Made by a program: the position numbers and the translations under genes. This document shows, one piece after another, positions 38,477 through 46,620 of a stretch of DNA of 64,000 nucleotides (the first letter of the stretch is position 1; each line of letters opens with the position of its first letter). The stretch comes from a virus: positions 1 through 64,000 of the IMG/VR virus record IMGVR_UViG_3300026488_000026; one strand, written 5' to 3'. The notes under the pieces are model-generated. The model ran no database searches. It was not told the DNA's origin and saw only the letters and a program-made list of their open reading frames with translations.

Positions 38477-38825
38477 AAAATTTTTTCTTTTAAATCTAAA
38501 ACAAATTAACTAAAATTTTTTCTTTTAAATCTAAAACAAATTAACTAAAATTTTTCTTTTAAATCTAAAGCAAATTAACTAAAAATTACCTTGCAAAATT
38601 AAAATTTTTTCTTTTAAATCTAAAACAAATTAACTAATAAACTAAAAACAAACAAATTAATAAACAAATTAATTAACTAACAAACTACCTTGCAAGATTA
38701 AAATTTTTTCTTTTAAATCTAAAACAAATTAATAAACAAATTAATTAACTAACAAACTACTTTGCAAGATTAAAAAATTTTCTTTTAAAATTAAAAGCTA
38801 ACAAACTAAAACTATCTTGCAATTT
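38477..38825. repeat. AT-rich tandem/mosaic repeat array (about six copies of a ~35-bp unit)
   Basis: Unit AAAATTTTTTCTTTTAAATCTAAAACAAATTAACT, later copies interleaved with ACTA(C/T)(C/T)TTGCAA blocks. Confidence 0.9.
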
Positions 38826-38864
38826 TTTAAATTATCAAAAGTCTTTGACACTTTTTATTAAAAT

Positions 38865-38897
38865 AACGCCAAGGGGACTAATTTTCCCTTTGGCGTT
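38865..38897 (-). terminator. hairpin terminator of the early cluster
   Basis: AACGCCAAGGGG...CCCTTTGGCGTT, 12-bp stem with one non-canonical pair. Confidence 0.7.
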
Positions 38898-39220
38898 TGA
38901 AAATCTTATTCCATAGTTTTTCTTCTGTCTTAACCACTTCTATATTTCCTGCTTTTATTTCTTGCTCTATTGCTTGTTTGTTTCCATCTTTGAAAAAGCA
39001 AAAATCTTCCAAAAAAAATTTTTAAATATTTTGAAGTTGTAACCGAAAAATTATAAGCATTTTTCAAGAGATAGATTTTTCTTTCTTTTATAATTACTCC
39101 GTCTTTTTCTTTTTTAATATATGTTTTTCCTGCAATAAGAGTATTATAACTTTGAAAAATAACTCCTGATTCATTTCCTATTAAAAACTGATTTTTTTGT
39201 ATTTGTTTTACTTTTAGCAT
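38878..39220 (-). CDS. early hypothetical protein, apparently frameshifted at a T8 tract (reads 38930..39220 as given)
   Basis: 'FQSYNTLIA..SVTTSKY' motif; removing one T at 39011-39018 gives ..FLEDFC..AIEQEIKAGNI.. ending at 38878. Confidence 0.55.
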
Positions 39221-39233
39221 TGTGTGTCTCCTT

Positions 39234-39650
39234 TTAGTTTACTCTATAAATATAATAAGTTTTACCATTTATAGTAATTTCTCTTTCGTCTCCATCATAA
39301 CTCGCAATTACACTTCCTGCACCATCATATTTTAATACATCTTCAACCCAAGCATCAACATCCACATAATATCGCAAATTTTCTGGTATATCTGATTCAT
39401 AGCATTCTTCATAAATAGTATATAATTCATTTTTTGCATACTCTTCTACATCATCATAATCATTAAAAACTAAAAATTCACAGCATCCACAATCTACAAA
39501 TAAATAGTTGTTCTCTTTTCTGAATTCACAATCTTTCAAATCTTTTGGAAGCACTTGAAGTGCTTCCGCCAAAATTTTCAAATCATACTTATCTTGAATA
39601 TTAAAATATTCTAACACTTCTTTAAAAGTTAATTCATTATCATATAACAT
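39234..39650 (-). CDS. acidic early hypothetical protein (ArdA-like C-terminus)
   Basis: 'IPENLRYYVDVDAW..D..DG.G..ASYDG.E' motif, highly acidic; AAGGAGG RBS. Confidence 0.55.
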   Translation of the reverse strand: MLYDNELTFKEVLEYFNIQDKYDLKILAEALQVLPKDLKDCEFRKENNYLFVDCGCCEFLVFNDYDDVEEYAKNELYTIYEECYESDIPENLRYYVDVDAWVEDVLKYDGAGSVIASYDGDEREITINGKTYYIYRVN

Positions 39651-39662
39651 TTTACACCTCCT

Positions 39663-40568
39663 TTAATTTTCTAAATCTTCAATTATATAATCTAAAAAAG
39701 TATCTTCATCAAAATCTAATAAAATTTCGATAAAATCATTAAGTTTATCATAATCTACTATTAAATGATAAATAAATTCGTCTTTCGCCCATTCATATAA
39801 ATTTTTAAATAATTCTTTTTTGTTTTGTTTTTTATTGCAATCTTCACAATCTTTATAATAATTTTCATAAATTTCAATTAATTCTTCTTTTTTAATTTTT
39901 TTAAGAAGTTTATCAATTAATTCATCTTCGCTATAATCAATTAAACTTGAAATAATCCAACTTAAAGTTTTATAATCTAAATTATTATAATATTTAACAT
40001 CTTTTAAATACTCTTTTATGTCATCTACTAATACATAATAATTTGTGCCATCATGATGCCTGATTATCACTTCAATTTTTTTGTATTTTTTGCAATCAAA
40101 AACTTCCACTTCAATATCACCATCCGTTGCTTTATTTAGGAAATTTTCAAAAGTGCCTATATATTGTATTTCATAATCAAAATTGCCTCGCCATGTCCCT
40201 ACGCTTTCATCTACCAACCATAGGTTGCCATTATCAATTTTTTCATTTAATTCATCTATAAAAAATTTCCAATCTTCTCTCGTCAAATCTCCTGCTTTTC
40301 TCCAATCCCAATATTCATAATCTTCTATAATTTCATTTTTTTGTTTTTTTAAATTTTTTATTTCTTCTTTAAAATCTTTTATTGTTCTTTTAATTTTATT
40401 ATATGTTACACTTCCTGTTATAACATCTTTTAACATCTCTTCATTTTCTTTTATTTCATATTCAAGTGCTTCAATTCTTTCATTAAGTTCTTGCTCAACC
40501 AAATATTTAGCATTTTCTTCTACTACTATATCCCAATTAAATTCCATTATTTTTCTACATTCTTTCAT
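39663..40568 (-). CDS. acidic early hypothetical protein
   Basis: 'GTWRG...HHDGTNYY' motif; AAGGAGG RBS; consensus promoter upstream. Confidence 0.7.
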   Translation of the reverse strand: MKECRKIMEFNWDIVVEENAKYLVEQELNERIEALEYEIKENEEMLKDVITGSVTYNKIKRTIKDFKEEIKNLKKQKNEIIEDYEYWDWRKAGDLTREDWKFFIDELNEKIDNGNLWLVDESVGTWRGNFDYEIQYIGTFENFLNKATDGDIEVEVFDCKKYKKIEVIIRHHDGTNYYVLVDDIKEYLKDVKYYNNLDYKTLSWIISSLIDYSEDELIDKLLKKIKKEELIEIYENYYKDCEDCNKKQNKKELFKNLYEWAKDEFIYHLIVDYDKLNDFIEILLDFDEDTFLDYIIEDLEN

Positions 40569-40597
40569 TTGTGCCTCCTTTTATTTTTGTTAATGAC

Positions 40598-40626
40598 ATT
40601 ATAAAAAATTTTTTATAAAATGTCAA
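40598..40626 (-). promoter_or_regulatory. sigma70-type promoter with palindromic spacer
   Basis: TTGACA-N17-TATAAT overlapping TTATAAAAAATTTTTTATAA. Confidence 0.88.
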
Positions 40627-40816
40627 GAATTTTTTATAAAAAATATAAAAAATTTTTTATATTTTTATTTTTGTATATACATTAATATATAAGAAAAATT
40701 TTTCCGCTCTTTCATTTTTTAGTTTTTTATTTATAAAAAATAAATGCCAAACACCAAATTTTTCATTCGTTTTACTTTATAAAAAATTTGAAAATTTTTC
40801 AAAATTTTTGTATATT

Positions 40817-40900
40817 TTACTATTACCGCTTTTTTAATAAATTTTGAAAATTTAATTTTATTACTATTACCGATTTTTTAGTAGATTTTAAAAGTTTTAA
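40817..40900. repeat. two imperfect 44-bp direct repeats
   Basis: TTACTATTACCG(C/A)TTTTTTA at 40817 and 40861. Confidence 0.75.
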
Positions 40901-40995
40901 ATAGGAGGCACAAAAGGCAAAAAGCTCGAAATTTCGGAGGCACAAATGAAATGCTATAAATAAGGAGACACAATTTCTTTTTTGGCTTTTTGCCT
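40900..40995 (-). ncRNA. candidate anti-RBS small RNA
   Basis: Orphan promoter at 41001-41030; 14-bp inverted repeat 40912-40925/40985-40998; three segments complementary to RBS regions at 40563-40579 and 39223-39233. Confidence 0.6.
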
Positions 40996-41000
40996 TTTAA

Positions 41001-41030
41001 ATTATAAAAAATTTTATAATTACTTGTCAA
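41001..41030 (-). promoter_or_regulatory. orphan sigma70-type promoter
   Basis: TTGACA-N18-TATAAT; no ORF for 430 nt downstream. Confidence 0.8.
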
Positions 41031-41067
41031 GAATTTTTACAAAAATGTAAAAAATTTTTATAAAAAA

Positions 41068-41365
41068 CTACTTTTTTGATAGTTTTTCTTTTTTCTTATT
41101 AAAATGTTCTACAATATGACCCATTCTACGCTTAATTAAAACACTTACAATTGCTCCTAATGTTCCGCCTAATACAAATAATAAAATAATCTTTTTTAAT
41201 TATCCCATTGCTAATACCTAATCCTATGCTTGTAATCCAAAGTATTTGAATTATAAAAGCAAACACCCCTGTTTTAAAAATTGATTTTTCAACTACAACA
41301 TACACACTATATGTTCTCATAATTTGAAATAAAAAATTAAAAAAGAAAACTAAAAAAGCCGTCAT
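41068..41365 (-). CDS. small membrane protein, apparently frameshifted near 41180 (reads 41132..41365 as given)
   Basis: An alternate frame supplies a last TM helix FVLGGTLGAIVSVLI ending at TAG 41068. Confidence 0.5.
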
Positions 41366-42714
41366 TTTTCCGCCTTTGTAATTATAAGTTCTTCTAAATA
41401 ATCAGCCTTATCTTTATCAACTCTAAACTCTTTAAATCTTGGAAAATCCATAACTAATTGTTTTTTGCCGTTTGAATTTGTTATATAATACAAATCCGTA
41501 TAATAAATTTCTACAAGTTTGCCTATCAATTTATCTCCATTAAGCTCTCTAATTTTATCAGTTAAACCACTTCCCACTTTTATTTTAAATTTTCCATCTT
41601 CAGTTTGACAAATAAATCCGCCTATTTTACCTTCATATTTCCCTTCACCTTCAAACCAATCTATAATCCTTAAAGTGCAACTTTCAAGTCCTTTATACTT
41701 AATCCATTTTTTACTTCTTTTTTTCTCATAAATTCCATTCAAATCTTTAAGCATAATTCCTTCGCCTCCTTTATTTTTAACTTTTTCAAATAAACTTTTA
41801 ACTTGCTCAAAATTATCACAAACGAATTGGTCTATTAATTTGATGCTTAAATTTTCAACCCCCCTTAAATTTTGACCCCCCTTATTTTCAAAATCTAAAC
41901 CTCCCAATATTTTTAAAAGTCTAACCCGCCTATCTTTTAAAGTCGGACAATAAAATTCAAGATTATTCCACTCTCTAATTGTAAGATAATCAAAACAATG
42001 AAAATTAAGTTCTTGTTTTTCTTTTTCAGTTGCGGTTTCTTTTATAACTTTAGTTACAAGTCCTGATGTTTCTTGTCTTGTTTTTGCAAGTAATTCGCCA
42101 TCATAATAACCATCTGGTTTGTTTTTTAGTTCTTTAAAAATATATGGTAAATTTAAAACACTACCATTGTATGTAATAGCATTTATTTCATCTTTATTTT
42201 TGTAAATAAGACATCTAACGCCATCTAATTTTTCTTCTACTGCAATTGGAAATTTAATTTCATTAATATCAATTTTATTAATGTCATATGCTTTCATAAT
42301 AGTTGTATCTGGTATAAACTCATAACCAAGTGCCTCATTTATTAACTTAACTTTAACTCCAAGTTTTAATTTTTTAGTTAAAATGTCTTGATAATATTTT
42401 CCTTCAATTCCACACTTTGATAAAAATGAAATTACCTTTTGTTCGGCTTCATTACTTCTTGCTTTAAGATTTACAAGATAATCAACAAGTTCTAAAAATT
42501 TATTAGGAGGTATAAGAAAACCACCATATTTAAATTGAATTTCTGGTAGTTTTCTAATATGCGTATTTAAAAAAGGATTGATTAGAGTCTTTAATAAATC
42601 AAGAAAATAAGGAACATCTTTATATTCTTGAATTATTTTTATTTTTTCTTTTTTAGAGTTTGTTAGCATCAATTTATCAAAACCTGAAACCCATTTAAAA
42701 TTATCTTTTTTCAT
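41362..42714 (-). CDS. lig: ATP-dependent DNA ligase
   Basis: Motif I 'EEKLDGVR', 'YDGEL', 'FD', 'EGIMLK', 'WIKYK', OB-fold 'VGSG', 'FPRF..FRVDK'. Confidence 0.96.
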   Translation of the reverse strand: MKKDNFKWVSGFDKLMLTNSKKEKIKIIQEYKDVPYFLDLLKTLINPFLNTHIRKLPEIQFKYGGFLIPPNKFLELVDYLVNLKARSNEAEQKVISFLSKCGIEGKYYQDILTKKLKLGVKVKLINEALGYEFIPDTTIMKAYDINKIDINEIKFPIAVEEKLDGVRCLIYKNKDEINAITYNGSVLNLPYIFKELKNKPDGYYDGELLAKTRQETSGLVTKVIKETATEKEKQELNFHCFDYLTIREWNNLEFYCPTLKDRRVRLLKILGGLDFENKGGQNLRGVENLSIKLIDQFVCDNFEQVKSLFEKVKNKGGEGIMLKDLNGIYEKKRSKKWIKYKGLESCTLRIIDWFEGEGKYEGKIGGFICQTEDGKFKIKVGSGLTDKIRELNGDKLIGKLVEIYYTDLYYITNSNGKKQLVMDFPRFKEFRVDKDKADYLEELIITKAEK

Positions 42715-42716
42715 TT

Positions 42717-43649
42717 TTAGCCCTCCTTTGGTAAAAATTTAAAAATATGTTTTATTACTTCTAAAGTCCAAGCATTTCCTATTAATTTATGTCTTTCTCT
42801 ATTTGGTATTATTATAGTTTTATCCTCAATAATACCAAATTTAGTATAATTATCAGGCAAAGTTTGTAATCTTTCACACTCAATAATATCAAGCATTCTA
42901 AATTTTTTATTTTTTATATCAATAAGATATTTATTATGATGATGTGTTCCTGTAGTAAGACAAGCACTTTTATCTGAATTTAAAAAAGAAAACATATTTT
43001 TTTCCAACCTACTTTTATTACCATACTTATTATACATAAAAGGTAATAATTCTCTATCGCATTTTTTATTTAATAAAACTTCTTTTAATTTTATATTTTT
43101 ATCTTCTGGCAAATCTTTAATAGGAATATTAGTCCAATAAAGTCTTGGACGCCTTTGGGCTGACACAAGTTTGCTATCTATAAGTATAGGCTCTATTTCT
43201 AATTCTTTTGAAATAATATTTTTCCATTTTTTAGCCATTTTAACATTTTCAAGTAAAAAATATTTAGGTTTTACTTCTTTTAAAATACGGACATATTCCC
43301 AAAATAAATAAGATTGTCCTTCAAATTCAAAACCTTTTTCTTTTAATTCTAAATATTGCTCTAATGAAACTATTTCGATTTTTTCTTTTGTAATCATTCC
43401 TTGTTGTTTACCAGCAAAACTAAAATTTTGACAACTACTACCTCCTATTAATAAATTAATATTTTTAAATTTATTTCCATCAACCTCTCTTATATCTCCA
43501 ATAAAAATAGTATTAGGAAAATGGTATTTAGTTACACCAATAGCAAATTTATCAATTTCACTTGCATAATATTTATCTATTTTAAAATTAAGTTCTTTCA
43601 AAGCAAGTTGTCCTATTGATATACCATCAAACAAACTTAATATATTCAT
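42717..43649 (-). CDS. DNA cytosine-C5 methyltransferase
   Basis: 'LSLFDGI', 'GSSCQ' (PCQ variant), 'ENV', 'QRRPRLYW', 'ERLQTLP', 'IGNAW'. Confidence 0.92.
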   Translation of the reverse strand: MNILSLFDGISIGQLALKELNFKIDKYYASEIDKFAIGVTKYHFPNTIFIGDIREVDGNKFKNINLLIGGSSCQNFSFAGKQQGMITKEKIEIVSLEQYLELKEKGFEFEGQSYLFWEYVRILKEVKPKYFLLENVKMAKKWKNIISKELEIEPILIDSKLVSAQRRPRLYWTNIPIKDLPEDKNIKLKEVLLNKKCDRELLPFMYNKYGNKSRLEKNMFSFLNSDKSACLTTGTHHHNKYLIDIKNKKFRMLDIIECERLQTLPDNYTKFGIIEDKTIIIPNRERHKLIGNAWTLEVIKHIFKFLPKEG

Positions 43650-43655
43650 TTTTAA

Positions 43656-43862
43656 TTATCCTTTTTTAATATTTTTGCAAGTTGTTTCTTTCCAACGCCA
43701 TAAACTTGTAATTAAATCATATATTCCTACTTCTTTATCTACAACAATTAAATTTTGAGTAATTATTTCTATTTGATAACCTTGGCTAATCCATTGTCTA
43801 ATTTTCTTTTGAGTATCAGTTACTGACTCAACCATACAAATAAATTCTTTTTTCATTTTCAA
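43656..43862 (-). CDS. hypothetical protein
   Basis: Coupled ORF. Confidence 0.55.
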   Translation of the reverse strand: MKMKKEFICMVESVTDTQKKIRQWISQGYQIEIITQNLIVVDKEVGIYDLITSLWRWKETTCKNIKKG

Positions 43863-44125
43863 TCCTTCTTACAATAATCTCTTAAAAAATCTAAAAAATC
43901 ATATAAGCCTATCTCATTAATAAATTCTTCCCAACTTAATTCAAATTCACCTAAATCTACACAATCTTTATCATAATGTCCATTAAACTCAATTGGACGA
44001 CATTCACCATAACTTATTGTTATAAAAGTTCTTTTTGAGGAAATAAACTCTTCAAAAGCTTCTTTTAAATAATCATCAAAAATTTTATCATAAGCCTCAC
44101 CAAAATTTTTTGCACAAATCCACAT
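43859..44125 (-). CDS. hypothetical protein
   Basis: Coupled ORF, AAGGAG RBS. Confidence 0.55.
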   Translation of the reverse strand: MWICAKNFGEAYDKIFDDYLKEAFEEFISSKRTFITISYGECRPIEFNGHYDKDCVDLGEFELSWEEFINEIGLYDFLDFLRDYCKKD

Positions 44126-44450
44126 TTAATCCACTCCTTATTAAAAGATAGTCCTCAAATTTTTTGAATTCTTTAAACAATTCTTTTTCTATATATTCTT
44201 GATATAGTTTTTTATAATTTTTTAAAATAAATTTAACAAAATTATAGTATAAATCAGCCATTGTTTCATCTTCCCAATTATATAAATAAACACTAAAATT
44301 GTTATTAAAATAAAAAAATGTAACTACAATTGTAGGATTTCCTTCATTATCCCAACTTGTATTAACCCATATTTCTCCAATTAAGTCTGCTTTCGTAACT
44401 TGTTTATTTATTTTATTTACTATTTTAAGCATTCTTTTTTTACTAATCAT
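44097..44450 (-). CDS. hypothetical protein
   Basis: AAGGAG RBS. Confidence 0.6.
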   Translation of the reverse strand: MISKKRMLKIVNKINKQVTKADLIGEIWVNTSWDNEGNPTIVVTFFYFNNNFSVYLYNWEDETMADLYYNFVKFILKNYKKLYQEYIEKELFKEFKKFEDYLLIRSGLNVDLCKKFW

Positions 44451-44451
44451 T

Positions 44452-44700
44452 TTATTCTCCTTCTGTTGTTGATACTAAAGGTTTAACTTTATTTATTATA
44501 ATCCACCAAAATTTTTTCCATAAAGGTAATTTAATGATATACCAATTTTTGTCATCCATTGAATACTCTCTAATTCTATTTTTATTTGTAGTCCATTGAA
44601 CTCCCATTAATTTAAAAATAATAGGTTTTGTTTTACCTCTTGGGTTTCTAAAAGCATAACCTTTTTCTAAAAGGTATTTTTGTGCTTTTCTTATTGTCAT
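44452..44700 (-). CDS. hypothetical basic protein
   Basis: Promoter-RBS cassette upstream. Confidence 0.65.
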   Translation of the reverse strand: MTIRKAQKYLLEKGYAFRNPRGKTKPIIFKLMGVQWTTNKNRIREYSMDDKNWYIIKLPLWKKFWWIIINKVKPLVSTTEGE

Positions 44701-44731
44701 TTTTCTCTCCTTTATTTTTTATTGCGTAAAA

Positions 44732-44760
44732 ATTATAAAAAATTTTTTATAAAAAGTCAA
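44732..44760 (-). promoter_or_regulatory. sigma70-type promoter with palindromic spacer
   Basis: TTGACT-N17-TATAAT over TTATAAAAAATTTTTTATAA. Confidence 0.85.
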
Positions 44761-44771
44761 GAGAAAACAAA

Positions 44772-45659
44772 TTATTTATAAAGATTTTGAAGAAAATCAT
44801 TAAAATCTTTATATCCGCTTTTGTAGAATTCTCTAATAAGAGGATTTTTGGAGCTAATTGCAAGTTTTAAATTAAACCATTTTTTTAAATTTGACTGATA
44901 AAATTTTTTAATTGCTTCTTGCCCTCTTTTATCATTATCAAGCATAATATAAATTGTATCTATACCTTTTTTTAAAAGATAACTAATTTTATAAGAGTTA
45001 AAATTAACTGCCAAACCAAAATTTGCAATAGCTTGGATATTTAATTGATATAAGCTTAAAGCATCCATGATACCTTCAACAAGATAAATTTCGTTTTGAT
45101 TCAAATCAATTTTAGGATAAATTAAACTTTTTAAATCTAAACCTTTTGCATATAAATATTTTGGCTCTAAATTTTTATCGTAAGCTCTTGTGTTATATCC
45201 AATACATTCTCCGTTATCGTTATAAAAAGGAAATATAACTCTATCTTTATATAAACCTCTTCTACAAATATAAAGGTCATATTTTTTTATTGTTTGAAAA
45301 TTTAACCCCCGCCATTTTTTAGGCAACTCTTCATCTCTTGGAGGTAAAATAAAAGATTTTGTTTTTGTTTGTTTTTGGTTTGTTAATTGTTGTAAAAGAT
45401 TGTTATATTTAGTTTGTTGTTGAATTTCATAGAGTTCCTCGTCTGAAAATTTAGTATTATCTAACCAAAAATTTTTGTTAATTTTATAACCACAACTAAA
45501 ACATTCACCAAAGCCTGTTTCAAAATTAATCCACATACTTTCATGTTTATCATCATGTTCTGGGTTTAAACAATTAACAAGAAAAAAACTATCTCCTGTT
45601 TGTTTGTAATTAACACCTAAGCGTTTTAGTTTATCAATTATTAATAATTTTAAATTCAT
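44772..45659 (-). CDS. dnaG: DNA primase (Zn finger + TOPRIM)
   Basis: 'CLNPEHDDKHES..CFSCG', 'RVIFP', 'PKY', 'LVEGIMDAL', 'LDNDKRG', 'KDFND'. Confidence 0.93.
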   Translation of the reverse strand: MNLKLLIIDKLKRLGVNYKQTGDSFFLVNCLNPEHDDKHESMWINFETGFGECFSCGYKINKNFWLDNTKFSDEELYEIQQQTKYNNLLQQLTNQKQTKTKSFILPPRDEELPKKWRGLNFQTIKKYDLYICRRGLYKDRVIFPFYNDNGECIGYNTRAYDKNLEPKYLYAKGLDLKSLIYPKIDLNQNEIYLVEGIMDALSLYQLNIQAIANFGLAVNFNSYKISYLLKKGIDTIYIMLDNDKRGQEAIKKFYQSNLKKWFNLKLAISSKNPLIREFYKSGYKDFNDFLQNLYK

Positions 45660-46137
45660 TGTTAAATCTTTCTATTATTTCTGGCGTATTTTCTTTTCTT
45701 AATTGAATATCAAATATTTCTAAATTAATTGTTTGAGTATCTAAAAAGACCTTATAATATCTAAATTTTTTTTGAATATCTTTATCTTTTAGAAGAAAAT
45801 GTACTTTTTTATAAGTGTCTTTTAATATAGAATTATCATTATACATAGTATTAAACCAAAAATAATAAAGAACATACTTAATAATATGTTGTCCTACTTT
45901 TTTAAGTTTTGAATGTTTATTACTTGTAGCTTCATAAATAATAATTGAATTTCCTTTTGCCAAATGTAACAACATATCATCAGGAACATTTAATAAAAAT
46001 TTTTTATATGCTTTTTGTTCTAATAAAGACGATTGCAATCTACAAAAAGAAATATTAGAAACTGAATTTATAAGAATGTGATTATGTTCAAAAACTTTCA
46101 GCCCAGCTGTTAAATTAACATATTCTTTTATTTTCAT
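45634..46137 (-). CDS. conserved hypothetical protein
   Basis: 'YVNLTAGL..RLQSSLLEQK..LLHLAKG'; coupled to GGDEF and primase genes. Confidence 0.6.
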   Translation of the reverse strand: MKIKEYVNLTAGLKVFEHNHILINSVSNISFCRLQSSLLEQKAYKKFLLNVPDDMLLHLAKGNSIIIYEATSNKHSKLKKVGQHIIKYVLYYFWFNTMYNDNSILKDTYKKVHFLLKDKDIQKKFRYYKVFLDTQTINLEIFDIQLRKENTPEIIERFNNEFKIINN

Positions 46138-46619
46138 TTTCTACCTTTCTTTTTAATTATAATTTTATCTAATTGTTTTATACTCTCACGAAAAGATAAA
46201 TTTTTTCCAAAATAACCCTCAGCAAAAGTGATGTTTTTAATAGAACTTAAATCTAACTTATCATAAGGTTGATAAATAATTACAAACTCATCTCCTCCTA
46301 TTCTAAAAATTCTACCACTAACATTTTGTTTTTTCATTAATTTTTTAATTTGTTCAACAACATTAATTATAAATTTATCTCCAGCTTCATAGCCTTGTTC
46401 TCTATTTAATAAATGTAGATTGTCTAAATCAATTAAAATTAAATTATAAAACCATTTGTTTTTACTTTCGATTTGTTCTTTATATTCTGTTTTTAAAAGT
46501 TCATCAAGATAATGTCTATTATAAACTTGTGTTAAATGGTCTTTTTTAAGATTTTCAATTTTCTTTTTTAAATCAGAGATTATTTCCTCTAAAAGTTCTA
46601 TTCTTTCTTCGCAACTCAT
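46134..46619 (-). CDS. GGDEF-domain protein (putative diguanylate cyclase)
   Basis: Coiled coil, then 'DHLTQVYNR', 'IDLDN..LN..G..AGD' and 'RIGGDEF'. Confidence 0.92.
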   Translation of the reverse strand: MSCEERIELLEEIISDLKKKIENLKKDHLTQVYNRHYLDELLKTEYKEQIESKNKWFYNLILIDLDNLHLLNREQGYEAGDKFIINVVEQIKKLMKKQNVSGRIFRIGGDEFVIIYQPYDKLDLSSIKNITFAEGYFGKNLSFRESIKQLDKIIIKKKGRK

Positions 46620-46620
46620 T

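Noticed and set aside
38477-38825. CRISPR array
   Set aside because: The first units are head-to-tail with no spacers, and later inter-unit sequences are themselves repeats; no cas genes.
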